This document shows positions 10,214 to 22,816 of a stretch of 42,524 nucleotides of DNA, piece after piece. How positions within the stretch are numbered: the first letter of the stretch is position 1; each line of letters opens with the position of its first letter. Made by a program: the position numbers and the translations under genes. The notes below the pieces were generated by a model. The model searched no databases. It saw nothing but the letters and a program-made list of their open reading frames with translations, and was not told where the DNA came from. The DNA is from Octopus bimaculoides (taxonomy: Eukaryota), in NCBI RefSeq assembly GCF_001194135.2, contig NC_069007.1:10181869-10224392 (forward strand). Direction: 5' to 3'.

Positions 10214-10552
10214 ATTGTTTCAGAATCGTTTGTTTATGTAGTCGGCACTTAATGTATATCGGCTGAATGGACGTCAGTGATTGGTTGAAATTACAGAAAT
10301 ACGACAACTTTAACATGGAATAACTTATGGATTTCTTTTTTTTTTAAGAAGACTAAGAGAAAAAGATGTTTTATATGACACATTCTACCAGTGTTCCAAG
10401 TTTCAAAGTGTTTCGTTAATGAAAAATGTGGCCCCCTTTTTAAAAAAGATCCACAATATGTCTCAAATTCAGCAGCAGTAAATAGTCATAGCAGCAGTCG
10501 TAGTAGTAGCAATACTGTCTTTAACCGCTTTTATCATTACAATTCTTTCCAG

Positions 10553-10572
10553 ATGTCAGGAGAGCAAGAATG
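10553..10572 (+). CDS. Possible 20-bp microexon (CQESKN)
   Basis: ATTCTTTCCAG acceptor and G|GTATGA donor. The phase 2->1 reading follows 8857. Short enough to occur by chance. Confidence 0.25.
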
Positions 10573-12394
10573 GTATGAAGTTTGACAATGATTCGCTCTT
10601 TGGATAACCTTAACTTCTGATGTTTGACTGGTTACCCCAGTGGAGAGAGGAACATTTCCTTAGGACTACAGTAAGGGTGCCAGAAGTCAGCACCAATAAC
10701 AAGAACAACAACAAAATAATTGTCAGAAAAACAGCTACGACAGCAATAAGAACAATAACTGCAACAATCACAACTACGTCAACTGATACAATACCAACAG
10801 CAAAATGTAATAACAAAGCAAACAGCAGAAACCTGTAGCTGTCACTGAAAAACAATAGCAATAAATAAACGATAATGACAAAAGAAAAAGTAACAATGAA
10901 ATTAAAATAATAAAATAACTACACCAACAATGATGTCAGAAAATTTATTTTGCTTTTTTAATTTAGAAATGAAACAATGGAAATATGTGTATGTTTTAAG
11001 ATTCTGGTGTTACATTGCTTAATGTTGTTTAATTTCTTCGTGAAATGTAATACAATGGTGATGCTGTTTCATGTGCTGAGAGAGGGAGAGGGAGAGGGAA
11101 GAAAAGGAAGGAAGAGGGAGAGGGTGGGGTGGAAGCAAAAATAAAGAATGGAAGACAGAAATATTAAATGAATGAAATAGTGAATGGGGTTTGACTGTGA
11201 GAAGCAGTAACAGGGAAAAAAGTGGCATTTGGTGTTGATTCCTCAAAGGTGGTTTTCAGAAGTATTTCCAAATGTGCTACTATTTGTGTAAACAGGGTAT
11301 AAAGACTCGGATTTGGCATTTGGGTAAATGCTGAACATGTGTATTTGTGTGTATTTGTACATATAAGCATGCAAGCATGTGTACACACACATGTATACAC
11401 ACATATGTATACACACATAATACATACATGAATCAAAATATCCAGTAGTATAGATCAATTTCAGCCAATCTTACCAACCAGTTTCACACTGACTGTTAAA
11501 TAACTGGATATTAGTTAACAGCATTGTTAAGTAATACCTTGTGCTCTTAAGAGATGGCAGATATGGATAAAAATATAGCAATTGCTCTCAGTTTGTCATA
11601 ACTAGTTTGTGGCTGCTGTGAAAACAGATATGTTGCTATGGAAAGCAAATAGAGCAAGAGTTATGAAGAGAACCGCAAGTAAGTTATAATTCTCAGAATC
11701 CTATAAAAGTTGTTCACCTTTAGAAGCGAACGTGTATATGGTTCTGCTAATTACAATGTTCTTTTGAGAACTATTAGGTCTTAGTAGACACAACATGTGG
11801 TCTATTTCTAGCACATTAAATGTCCACTTTAGTGGTCATCTTTATATATATAAAAATATACTTTAATCCCCTAAGATCTCAGATATTTTTTCTGAATCTC
11901 TCGGATTCTTTCAATGTGCTAGCTTCCTGGTAATAAATCGATATTAATTAATATCTGATTTTTACCCTATGTTTTAATTTGATTAATTCTCAAATTGGAT
12001 GTATGCTACGCAGTAACAATTTTCTGCAGACATATTTCCGGAATTAGCGCGCCAAAACGAAGACATTTGATTTTTACCAGTACGTTGTAATGGCAACTAA
12101 GGGGTGTCTCCACGCTCCCCATAACTCCTGTCCTCCCGAACTGGGACTTCACCACCGGTTGCAGTTTTGTGTCTTACCCAGGACAAAAATTTCTCTATAA
12201 ATAGGTAAAAACAGACTTTTCCTTTTTACGATTACGTACGAATGAATAACTTGAGAAAATGACCACCTCTGATTCGTTAAGTTCGTGAAAAAAGCCTACT
12301 GCTTGATAAAACAACCAGTCTGGTATTGAAAACATGAGTCTTGAACTATCTCGATAGACAGCGGTTAATCAAAGCTAATGCGTAATTTTATAAC

Positions 12395-12464
12395 ATTTTG
12401 TGACCCACTAGGATTCCGTTCGCGACCCATCAGTGGGTCGCAACTCATAGTTTGGGAACCACTG
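12395..12464. mobile_element. hAT/Charlie-type MITE terminus
   Basis: Ends in AGTTTGGGAACCACTG with the subterminal hairpin GCGACCCA-TCAG-TGGGTCGC. The other end was not found. Confidence 0.55.
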
Positions 12465-12715
12465 CGCTACACTATTATAGGTGCTAGGAGAAAGACTTCT
12501 GGTACAGGTGGTGGTGGTCGTGAGTTGGGAGGGCTTATCGCGAACGTCGAAATACCATGGAGACCCTATTTCCAAGTTAAAGGTGATGTAACATATCCAC
12601 AAACAGAGCGAAAGCCGCTCATTAACAATCAACATGGGTAAGCAAGGATACAGAAAGAAAATGGGCAAGCGAAAATACAGTGAGAGAGAGAGAGAGAGAG
12701 ACATAGTGTGTACAT

Positions 12716-13087
12716 GTTGGCAGTTACGACGACGAGAGTTCCAGTTGATCCGATCAACGGAACAGCCTGCTCGTGAAATTAATGTGCAAGTGGCTGAGCA
12801 CTCCACAGACACGTGTACCCTTAACGTAGTTCTTGGGGAGATTCAGTGTGACACAGAGTGTGACAAGGCTGACCCTTTGAATTACAGGCACAACAGAAAC
12901 AGGAAGAAAGAATGAGAGAAAGTTGTGAAAGAGTACAGCAGGGTTCGCCACCATCCCCTGCCGGAGCCTCGTGGAGCTTTAGGTGCTTTCGCTCAATAAA
13001 CATTCACAACGCCCGGTCTGGGAATCGAAACCGCAATCCTACGACCGCGAGTCCGCTGCCCTAACCACTGGGCCATTGCGCCTCCAC
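12716..13087 (-). mobile_element. SINE family C, full length, long-head subfamily
   Basis: Homologous to 8190-8567. 11-bp TSD AGTGTGTACAT at 12705-12715 and 13088-13098. Confidence 0.9.
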
Positions 13088-13571
13088 AGTGTGTACATAC
13101 ATGTGTGTGTATTGACACCATTACATACACAAACATTTTAATGCAAAACTACAGATTCATTATCTCAATAAACAGACGTATTACATTTTTCTGTTGCCGG
13201 GCGGGGGGTGTACAAGACAGTTTTGATCGTGAATGCCATTGGATACGAAAAAGATACACACAGAAAAACCCTACCATATTCTAAATGTTAGAAAAAGAAA
13301 AGAGAAGGGAAAGAGTTGTTTCCCTTGTATTGTGAAGCTGATTTGATTTGATGCAAGACTTATCTCCCCTGCATTGTAAAATAGTTGTGTGCGGTTGTGT
13401 GTGTTAATTGCGTAATAACTTGCATGGTGACGGGAATTGCTTAATTTGTAACTTTTAGGGATTAATTTTGCAACATTGATGTTGCAGCTCTTCGGAAATT
13501 TCATCTTTACTGAATTTGTTTTTGCTGGATACATGTTATCACGTTACGTAATATAGAAATGTAACTATAAC

Positions 13572-13864
13572 CTCGCGCCGACCAAAGCCTTGGGAGTAGA
13601 TTTGGTGGACAGAAACAGAAAGAAGCCCATCGTGCGCGCGCGCGCGCATGCATGTATATATGTATCTGTGTTTGTCCCCTATCACTACTTGATAACCAGT
13701 CTTAGTGTGTTTACTTACTCGAGACTTAGCAGTTCGACAAAAGTGTCTGATAGAATAAGTACTAGGCCTTAAAAATAAGCCCCAGAGTCAATTCACTTGT
13801 TTAAAACGCTTCAAGACGGTGCTCTAGCATGGCCACAGACAAATGACTGAAACAAGTAAAAGAA
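13572..13864 (+). mobile_element. SINE family A, headless diverged copy
   Basis: CORE-distal part, central dinucleotide tract and tail ending GACTGAAACAAGTAAAAGA. Confidence 0.75.
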
Positions 13865-15049
13865 TAATATATATATATTAATTTAAAATCACTTCTTTAA
13901 CTTTCTAAGACATCTCAACGTTTCTAAAAGCAGACTTCGTTTGTTTATTTACGTTTGTCGTAATTTGAATTTAATATATATATATATATATANNNNNNNN
14001 NNNNNNNNNNNNNNNNNNNNNNNNNNNNNNNNNNNNNNNNNNNNNNNNNNNNNNNNNNNNNNNNNNNNNNNNNNNNNNNNNNNNNNNNNNNNNNNNNNNN
14101 NNNNNNNNNNNNNNNNNNNNNNNNNNNNNNNNNNNNNNNNNNNNNNNNNNNNNNNNNNNNNNNNNNNNNNNNNNNNNNNNNNNNNNNNNNNNNNNNNNNN
14201 NNNNNNNNNNNNNNNNNNNNNNNNNNNNNNNNNNNNNNNNNNNNNNNNNNNNNNNNNNNNNNNNNNNNNNNNNNNNNNNNNNNNNNNNNNNNNNNNNNNN
14301 NNNNNNNNNNNNNNNNNNNNNNNNNNNNNNNNNNNNNNNNNNNNNNNNNNNNNNNNNNNNNNNNNNNNNNNNNNNNNNNNNNNNNNNNNNNNNNNNNNNN
14401 NNNNNNNNNNNNNNNNNNNNNNNNNNNNNNNNNNNNNNNNNNNNNNNNNNNNNNNNNNNNNNNNNNNNNNNNNNNNNNNNNNNNNNNNNNNNNNNNNNNN
14501 NNNNNNNNNNNNNNNNNNNNNNNNNNNNNNNNNNNNNNNNNNNNNNNNNNNNNNNNNNNNNNNNNNNNNNNNNNNNNNNNNNNNNNNNNNNNNNNNNNNN
14601 NNNNNNNNNNNNNNNNNNNNNNNNNNNNNNNNNNNNNNNNNNNNNNNNNNNNNNNNNNNNNNNNNNNNNNNNNNNNNNNNNNNNNNNNNNNNNNNNNNNN
14701 NNNNNNNNNNNNNNNNNNNNNNNNNNNNNNNNNNNNNNNNNNNNNNNNNNNNNNNNNNNNNNNNNNNNNNNNNNNNNNNNNNNNNNNNNNNNNNNNNNNN
14801 NNNNNNNNNNNNNNNNNNNNNNNNNNNNNNNNNNNNNNNNNNNNAATTCGTCCTTAATCAAAAGACACCAGTTCTTAATGTCCTGTTGTCTGTATTTGTA
14901 ATTGTGTATCCTTTCTCCGTTTTTCTTTTCGTCCTTATTTTCGTATGCATTCGCGTGCTTTCTTCCAAAGAATCTAGTGCTCATAGCTTATATTTTCTTG
15001 GGGCCAGCCAAATTGGAGCAGTCTTGAATATAACCGGCCGAAACTGCAA

Positions 15050-17930
15050 TGACAATGTGGAACTCAGCTGATGATAGAAAGTTCCAAATGACCCGTCATT
15101 GTTTTTTCCTGTCCTTTTTTGTATCGTCTAACTGTCCGGATGTTTTGTTGTTGCCTGTTACAACTGGATCCGGCAGGTGTCCCAGGGCACCACAGCCTGG
15201 ATCTAGTCGTTATCCTGCAACTGTGAGTAAATTCAGGTTAAGACGCAAGCCTATGAATACAGGATGTTGGAATGTTCGAGTGTTATTCGACAATGATTGT
15301 CTGAAATCTCGTCTGGAGAGAAGATTTGTGCTTGTTGCAAAAGAGTTACACTGATATAATATGGATGTTGTAGCATTAGCCAAAACAAGAGTTCATGGAA
15401 GGGGGAATTTCGTAGAGAAATCTGCTGGGTATCATTTATTTTGGAGTAGTAAAGAGACCTATAAGAGGAACTACCATGTAGTCATTCTAATTGCTTGATA
15501 TCTTCAAGACTCCCATTAAGAAAAGGTTGCTATGCAACACTCAAAAGTGCATATGCTCCAACAATGAATTCATCAGAGAATGATAAACTTGCCTACTATC
15601 TATCACTTACAGAGATTATACGCAGTATCCTCCATGATGACAAAGTTGTCATTTTAGGCAATTTTAATGCTCGCGTTGATGCAGATTGGGAGACGTGGAG
15701 TGTCTTAGGAAAGCATGGGGTTGGGAGTTCCAACGGTAATGGTTTACTACTGTTACAAATGTGCGTAGAGATGGATTTCTGTGCCATGAATTTAATGTTT
15801 CAACTAAAGAATCAGTATAAACCGACATGGATGCAACCTGGTTCTAAGAAATGGCATCTTATAGATTACATCCTCACCAGGAAATGAGATATTAGGGACT
15901 TTGCTGTTGTACGGGTGATGCATAGTGCAGAGTGCTAGACTGACCATAGGCTTTTGTGTGCCAAGGTAAATTTTGTTGTCAAGCCTAAGGTTAGAGCAAT
16001 TAATGACAAGTTACCTAAATGGACTGATGTCAATAAATTTAATATTCCATTAGTACGCAGTGAGTTTGTGAGTGAGATAAATAGTTTGTCCTGTGACGGA
16101 AGTTGGAAGTCATTCAAAGAAAGAGTATACGAGATTTGTAGTAACAATCTTGGCTTTGTTGTAAAAAATACACCAAGATTGGTTTGACGATAATGATGAA
16201 GAAGTTAATCTTATCTTAGAGGAGAAGTGAACGGCATTTAACATGTTGCAAAATGTTGACATGTCAGCGAACAGGACAGTGGCCACATATTTCAAGGCAG
16301 TAAAAGCAACAGTGCTGAGGATGATGCAGGAAAATTTGAGGAGTGACAGATGCGATGAAATCCAAGAAGCCTCAAATGCTAACAATTCCAAACTTTTCTT
16401 TACTCCCTCTTGAAAAAAGTCTATGGACCAGCTTCACTAATGGTTGTGGTGCTTCAGAGCAAGGATGGCACAGAATTATTAACAAATCCTAAAGATATTG
16501 ATGGGAGATGGAAAGAACATTTTGATGAGTTGCTCAATGGACCCACTGAAGTTGACCCCTCTTTTCTTGATAATGTACCCGAGAGACCAACGAAACATCT
16601 TTTAGCAGAGGTTCCACACCTGGCTGAAATAAAAATGGCAACCAGGAAATTGAACAATGGAAAGGCCCTTGGTATGGATGGATTAGGTGCAGAGATATAT
16701 AAATATGGTGGTGATCATCTCTGAACAATATTGATGGATGTGATTCAGAGGGTTTGGCATACTGAAGAGGTTCCTCTGGATTGGGGTGATGCAACTATGG
16801 AGATACTATATAAATTGAAAGGTGGAAAGGATGTCTGGGATAATTATCGCGGCATCTGTCTGTTAGCTGTTTCTGGAAAGATCCTTTGTAGGGTAATGCT
16901 GGACAGATTGCTTCTGCACATTGCTGATGAGGTCCTACCAGAATCGCAATGTGGATTTAGGGATAGTAGGAGTACTATGGATATGATATTTTTAGCTAGA
17001 CAGTTGCAAGAGAAGTGCATCGAAACAGGATATAGACTTATACCAGGTATTCATTGACCTAACAAAAGCGTTTGATTCTACTTTGGGTGATCCTGAAAAA
17101 GCTAGGATGCCCTGAAATATTTGTGAGAATGCTTAGACAATTCCATGACAAGATGGAAGTGAGAGTTAATGTTGGTGGTACCTTATCAGATCCAATTTCT
17201 GTAGAAAATGGTGTAAAACAAATTGATATTCCTGCTCTTACATTGTTTGCGATGTATTTTGCAATCATCTTTCAAATAGTTTTTGAAGATTGCACTGAAG
17301 GGGTCTATATAAGATATAGGACAATGGGAAAACTGTTCAATCTCAAAAGACTCTGTGCCAACACAAAAGTTCTGCATTCTCACCTCATTGAGTTTCTGTA
17401 TGCAGACGATTGTGACCTGTTGGCACATTCCCAGAAAGATATGCAGCACATACTGAATGCAATTTCTATCGATCAATCTAAAAAGAAAAACTGTTATAAT
17501 GTACCGACCCACTCCCTCCAAGATGTATTCTTTTATTCTATCAGTCTCTTTTGCCGAAACGCTAAGTTACAGGGATGTAAACACACCAGCATCAGTTGCC
17601 AAGCGATGTTGTGGGGGACAAACACAGATACATAAACATATACACACATATATATATACATATACGACAGGCTTCTTCCAGTTTCCATCTACCAAATCCT
17701 CTCACAAGGTTTTGGTTGGACCGAGGCTATTGTAGAAAATACTTGCCCAAGGTGCCACGCAGTGGGACTGAACCCAGGACCATGTGGTTGGTAATGTTTT
17801 ATTATGTTTTATAACTGTGAATGATCAAAGGTTGGAGACTGTACCTAGATTTATTTATTTAGGAAGTACCTTGAGCACTGCTGGTCTTGATGATGAAATT
17901 TCATACAGAATCAGCAGGACTAGTAGTACC
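15050..17930 (+). mobile_element. RTE-clade LINE, decayed (APE endonuclease + reverse transcriptase pseudogene)
   Basis: APE motifs: GCWNVR, SAYAPT, ILGNFNARV, TW.QPGSKKWHLIDYIL. RT motifs: NYRGICLL, PESQCGFR..RSTMDMIF..RQLQEKC, NGVKQ, YADDC, FIYLGSTLS. Many stops and frameshifts; 3' part missing. Confidence 0.95.
17534..17793 (-). mobile_element. SINE family A inserted within the RTE RT region
   Basis: RTE peptide KKTVIMYRP stops before it and ITVNDQRLETVPRFIYLGS resumes after it. Confidence 0.85.
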
Positions 17931-19890
17931 TCTCCAGCTCATCAGCTCCAGTCAAAACATCTAACTCATGCCAGCATGGAGAGTGGACATTAAATGATGA
18001 TGATGATGATGATGATATATGGGAACTTTAGGTTAGTTAAAATATGTTTGTGACATATTTTCACTTTTAAAGGCAAATTCACTGGATCTACTGTGGAGAA
18101 AAAAATCCTCTCATGATAAAAAAGGTGTAAAAAAAAAACTATATCCAATGATACCCCCCCCCCTTGTGTGAGTGTTTACAAGTGTTGTTACATGTTAAAT
18201 AAAGTCACTGTGGGATTTTAATGACCAGAGATTCATGAGAGAGAGAAAGAAACAGACAGATAGATAAACAGAAAGAGAGAGAGAAAATAAACATTAAGTA
18301 GAATTGCGTGTCTTTATGTGTGTGTGAGAGAGGGGGGAGGGAGAAAGAGAGGAAAAGAAAAACAGAGATAGACAAACAAAGAGAGAGAGAGAGAATAAAC
18401 ATTAAGTAGAACTGTGTATGTTTATGTGTGTCTATATGTATGTGTGTGTGTGAGAGAGAGAGAAGGAGGGAGACAGAGAGAGAGAGAAAGAGAAAAAAGA
18501 GAAAGTGAGAGACAGTAAATGAGCTAGATAGAAAGAGAGACAGACAGAGAGAGAGGGAGAGAAAGAGAGAGAGATTTATGAAGACATGTCACAGAAGACC
18601 AGTTTTCCTATAACCTGGAATAAACACTCTAAGAATTCCCAGAACGCTTGTTCGTTAAGACTGAAACAAACCCCATAACCACAAATCATTAATTATATTG
18701 GAATGTGTTGAAGCTTTTTACTAAAAGTTCATTTATTTATTTATTTATTTATTTATTTCTATATTCATTTATGATTATATTATTTATTTCTATATTTATT
18801 ATTACATGTCTCTTTAATCGTTAGCACGCCAAACAAAATGTTTTGCGGCATTTTTTGTCTATCTTNNNNNNNNNNNNNNNNNNNNNNNNNNNNNNNNNNN
18901 NNNNNNNNNNNNNNNNNNNNNNNNNNNNNNNNNNNNNNNNNNNNNNNNNNNNNNNNNNNNNNNNNNNNNNNNNNNNNNNNNNNNNNNNNNNNNNNNNNNN
19001 NNNNNNNNNNNNNNNNNNNNNNNNNNNNNNNNNNNNNNNNNNNNNNNNNNNNNNNNNNNNNNNNNNNNNNNNNNNNNNNNNNNNNNNNNNNNNNNNNNNN
19101 NNNNNNNNNNNNNNNNNNNNNNNNNNNNNNNNNNNNNNNNNNNNNNNNNNNNNNNNNNNNNNNNNNNNNNNNNNNNNNNNNNNNNNNNNNNNNNNNNNNN
19201 NNNNNNNNNNNNNNNNNNNNNNNNNNNNNNNNNNNNNNNNNNNNNNNNNNNNNNNNNNNNNNNNNNNNNNNNNNNNNNNNNNNNNNNNNNNNNNNNNNNN
19301 NNNNNNNNNNNNNNNNNNNNNNNNNNNNNNNNNNNNNNNNNNNNNNNNNNNNNNNNNNNNNNNNNNNNNNNNNNNNNNNNNNNNNNNNNNNNNNNNNNNN
19401 NNNNNNNNNNNNNNNNNNNNNNNNNNNNNNNNNNNNNNNNNNNNNNNNNNNNNNNNNNNNNNNNNNNNNNNNNNNNNNNNNNNNNNNNNNNNNNNNNNNN
19501 NNNNNNNNNNNNNNNNNNNNNNNNNNNNNNNNNNNNNNNNNNNNNNNNNNNNNNNNNNNNNNNNNNNNNNNNNNNNNNNNNNNNNNNNNNNNNNNNNNNN
19601 NNNNNNNNNNNNNNNNNNNNNNNNNNNNNNNNNNNNNNNNNNNNNNNNNNNNNNNNNNNNNNNNNNNNNNNNNNNNNNNNNNNNNNNNNNNNNNNNNNNN
19701 NNNNNNNNNNNNNNNNNNNNNNNNNNNNNNNNNNNNNNNNNNNNNNNNNNNNNNNNNNNNNNNNNNNNNNNNNNNNNNNNNNNNNNNNNNNNNNNNNNNN
19801 NNNNNNNNNNNNNNNNNNNNNNNNNNNNNNNNNNNNNNNNNNNNNNNNNNNNNNNNNNNNNNATATATATATATATATATACATATATAT

Positions 19891-20056
19891 ACGACGGGCT
19901 TCTTTTCAGTTTCCGTCTACCAAATCCACTCACAAGGCTTTGGTCAGCCCGAGGCTATAGTAGAAGACACTTGCCCAAGGTACCATGCTGTGGGACTGAA
20001 CCTAGAACCATGTGGTTGGTAAGCAAGCTACTTACCACACAGCCACTCCTGCGCCT
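19891..20056 (-). mobile_element. SINE family A head half
   Basis: Near-identical to 12-176; the tail is lost in the adjacent gap. Confidence 0.85.
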
Positions 20057-20085
20057 TATTATTATTATTAATATTATTAATGTGA

Positions 20086-20418
20086 AGGCGCATGGCTCAG
20101 TGGTTAGAGCGTCGAGCTTACGATCGTGAGGTTGTGAGTTCGAATCTTGGACCGGGCTGCATGTTGTGTTGTTGAGCAAGACACTTTATTTCCTGTTGCT
20201 CCAGTTTACTCAGCTGTAGAAATGAGTTCTGACGTCACAGGTGCCAAGCTGTATCAGCCTTTGCCTTTCCCTTGGATAACATCAGTGGCGTGGAGAGGGG
20301 AGGCTGGTATACATGGGCGACTGCTGGTCTTCCATAAAACAACCTTGCCTGGACTTATGCCTGTGAGGGTAACTTTCTAGGTGCAATCCCATGGTCATTC
20401 GTGACCGAAGGGGGTCTC
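20086..20418 (+). mobile_element. SINE family B, full length
   Basis: AGGCGCATGGCTCAGTGGTTAGAGC head, GTTCGAATC B box and tail GTGACCGAAGGGGGTCTC. Confidence 0.9.
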
Positions 20419-20450
20419 AGCATATTATTATTATTATTATTATTATTATT

Positions 20451-20856
20451 AGGAAAGTGAGGGTGGAGAGGGAGGTGCTGTCCTTGAGTAAATTTATTGA
20501 AAGGTGGGTGAAAGTTGCGAAAATGGCAAGAGTGGATGGTACCTCTCTAAGAGTAGACCTGAGGCAGACAAAAGGAAAAGGAATTAGAGAGGGCACTTGC
20601 CTTTGGTGTTCAGGGAGATCTTGGACAGTGGGGTTCCTCGATTATCCCTAGAGGTCCTTCTGTATCAGGAAGCCCACATCACTATCATCTTTTTTTTCTC
20701 ACATATTCTATGTACACTTCCTTTCATTGTTTATTGTATATTGTGTATACTTCCTTTCATTCTTTCTTAATCAATTTATTATATGTAAACCCCAACTCTT
20801 TATGTCTGTCTTTGTATTGTCCCCATCACCCTTCACCCTGGTGGCAAATAAAAGAA
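20451..20856 (+). mobile_element. Possible L1/Tx1-like LINE 3' end, 5'-truncated
   Basis: RKVRVEREVLSLSKFIERWVKVAK resembles Tx1-type ORF2 C-termini. It is followed by a pyrimidine-rich UTR, AATAAA and a (ATC)(ATT)n tail. Confidence 0.45.
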
Positions 20857-20866
20857 ATCATCATCA

Positions 20867-20897
<31 letters not shown>

Positions 20898-20900
20898 CAT

Positions 20901-21037
20901 TTTATGTTTGACTTTTGCTTTGCCTTTGTACAAGTTGGATCCAAGTCTCACCCAGAGACCTCAAGAGACAACAAGTTAAAAATTCATGTAGGTATTATGC
21001 CTAGGGTACCATATATTTGGATTTGTACATAGTGTTG

Positions 21038-21071
<34 letters not shown>

Positions 21072-21199
21072 TTATGTCTGACTTTTGCTTTGCATTTGTA
21101 CAAGTTGGATCCAAGTCTCACCCAAAGACCTCAAGAGACAACAAGTTAGAAGTTCATGTAGGTGTTATGCCTAGGGTACCATATATTTGGATTTGTACA
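20901..21199. repeat. Two tandem ~140-bp units separated by (ATT)n (period 170), running into a gap
   Basis: Units start at 20901 and 21071 and differ at several positions. Confidence 0.9.
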
Positions 21200-21938
21200 N
21201 NNNNNNNNNNNNNNNNNNNNNNNNNNNNNNNNNNNNNNNNNNNNNNNNNNNNNNNNNNNNNNNNNNNNNNNNNNNNNNNNNNNNNNNNNNNNNNNNNNNN
21301 NNNNNNNNNNNNNNNNNNNNNNNNNNNNNNNNNNNNNNNNNNNNNNNNNNNNNNNNNNNNNNNNNNNNNNNNNNNNNNNNNNNNNNNNNNNNNNNNNNNN
21401 NNNNNNNNNNNNNNNNNNNNNNNNNNNNNNNNNNNNNNNNNNNNNNNNNNNNNNNNNNNNNNNNNNNNNNNNNNNNNNNNNNNNNNNNNNNNNNNNNNNN
21501 NNNNNNNNNNNNNNNNNNNNNNNNNNNNNNNNNNNNNNNNNNNNNNNNNNNNNNNNNNNNNNNNNNNNNNNNNNNNNNNNNNNNNNNNNNNNNNNNNNNN
21601 NNNNNNNNNNNNNNNNNNNNNNNNNNNNNNNNNNNNNNNNNNNNNNNNNNNNNNNNNNNNNNNNNNNNNNNNNNNNNNNNNNNNNNNNNNNNNNNNNNNN
21701 NNNNNNNNNNNNNNNNNNNNNNNNNNNNNNNNNNNNNNNNNNNNNNNNNNNNNNNNNNNNNNNNNNNNNNNNNNNNNNNNNNNNNNNNNNNNNNNNNNNN
21801 NNNNNNNNNNNNNNNNNNNNNNNNNNNNNNNNNNNNNNNNNNNNNNNNNNNNNNNNNNNNNNNNNNNNNNNNNNNNNNNNNNNNNNNNNNNNNNNNNNNN
21901 NNNNNNNNNNNNNNNNNNNNNNNNNNNNNNNNNNNATC

Positions 21939-22010
<72 letters not shown>

Positions 22011-22021
22011 CATTATTATTA

Positions 22022-22544
22022 TGTGAGAGAGAAATGTATGTACAAATATATGAAGCCACTATACCCATCACAACTACCTGCCTAATAAGGGTACACCTTA
22101 TTAGGCACATGCATCACAACCTTATGCGTGCAACATAGTGATTTCATATCAAGATAAACAGTACATAACCTTGCAGTTGGGACCCAGTTAGAATTTTCTT
22201 CAGGTCAAGCAGCCCATCCTGCTCCAAAGGTCTCCGAATAAGATTTGTTTTAGGATGATGAATGAAACACCCATGTTTCCAGAGGTGAATTATTCAAACC
22301 CCAAAGAATTCCTCTCAACACATAACTATTATGCTCCCCCACTACTTCTGCTCATGATCAGAGATGCACATATCGTCAGCCACCAAGGGACATGCTCAAC
22401 TGGTTAAGGTCAAGCAACTGACAAGCAATTTTGTGGTATTGAGCTGAATATTTGCTGTGCCAAGACAAAACATGTACGTGGTAACACTTCCAATCAGCTA
22501 AGATCAGAAGCCATGAGAGCTACTGCCTGGTACTGCATCCGGGC
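22022..22544 (-). repeat. Unclassified repeat D flanked by (TAA)n; contains a 12-bp-arm hairpin at 22079-22107
   Basis: Partly duplicated at 9471-9638. Contains TGCCTAATAAGG-GTACA-CCTTATTAGGCA. Confidence 0.7.
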
Positions 22545-22590
22545 AATTATCATCATCATCATCATTATTATTATTATTATTATTATTATT

Positions 22591-22785
22591 CAGTAGTTTT
22601 ATTTTTATAGCATGCTTTCACTTCACTACCGAGCGCAGTTCTGTGCGCCTTGGGTATGTGCTGTGGTTTGCTGTGATGCTCTTATGGTTACTGTATTGAA
22701 AGCGTTTTGCGTAGGATGTGTGCAGTGCCCAGTAGTGCAATTTTCTGTATGTTATATATATTTGTAAGTCCTGGTGTTTTTGTTA

Positions 22786-22786
<1 letters not shown>
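22591..22786 (-). mobile_element. R4/Dong-clade non-LTR retrotransposon 3' end within (TAA)n; second copy starts at 22820
   Basis: C-terminus IQKIALLGTAHILRKTLSIQ* fits the RLE-domain end of R4/Dong/Rex6 elements. Flanked by (ATT)n on both sides. The 3' terminus repeats at 22820-22847. Confidence 0.75.

Positions 22787-22816
<30 letters not shown>

Noticed and set aside
13360-13375. 12-nt match to U1 snRNA (GCAGGGGAGATA on the minus strand)
   Set aside because: The flanks do not match U1 and there is no Sm site; consistent with chance.
15002-15047. Crossing helices (GGCCAG/CCGGCC and GCAGT/ACTGC) at the RTE leader, a possible HDV-like ribozyme
   Set aside because: RTE 5' ends can carry HDV-like ribozymes, but there is no room for P4 or the catalytic C, and no L3/P1.1 motif.
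13941-15071. Long ORFs in the track that cross N runs (also at 5793, 9592, 18821, 21017, 22688, 29612, 32553 and 36593)
   Set aside because: Their length comes from translated Ns. Only the flanks at 5843-6084 (mariner) and 22691-22786 (Dong) carry real coding signal.
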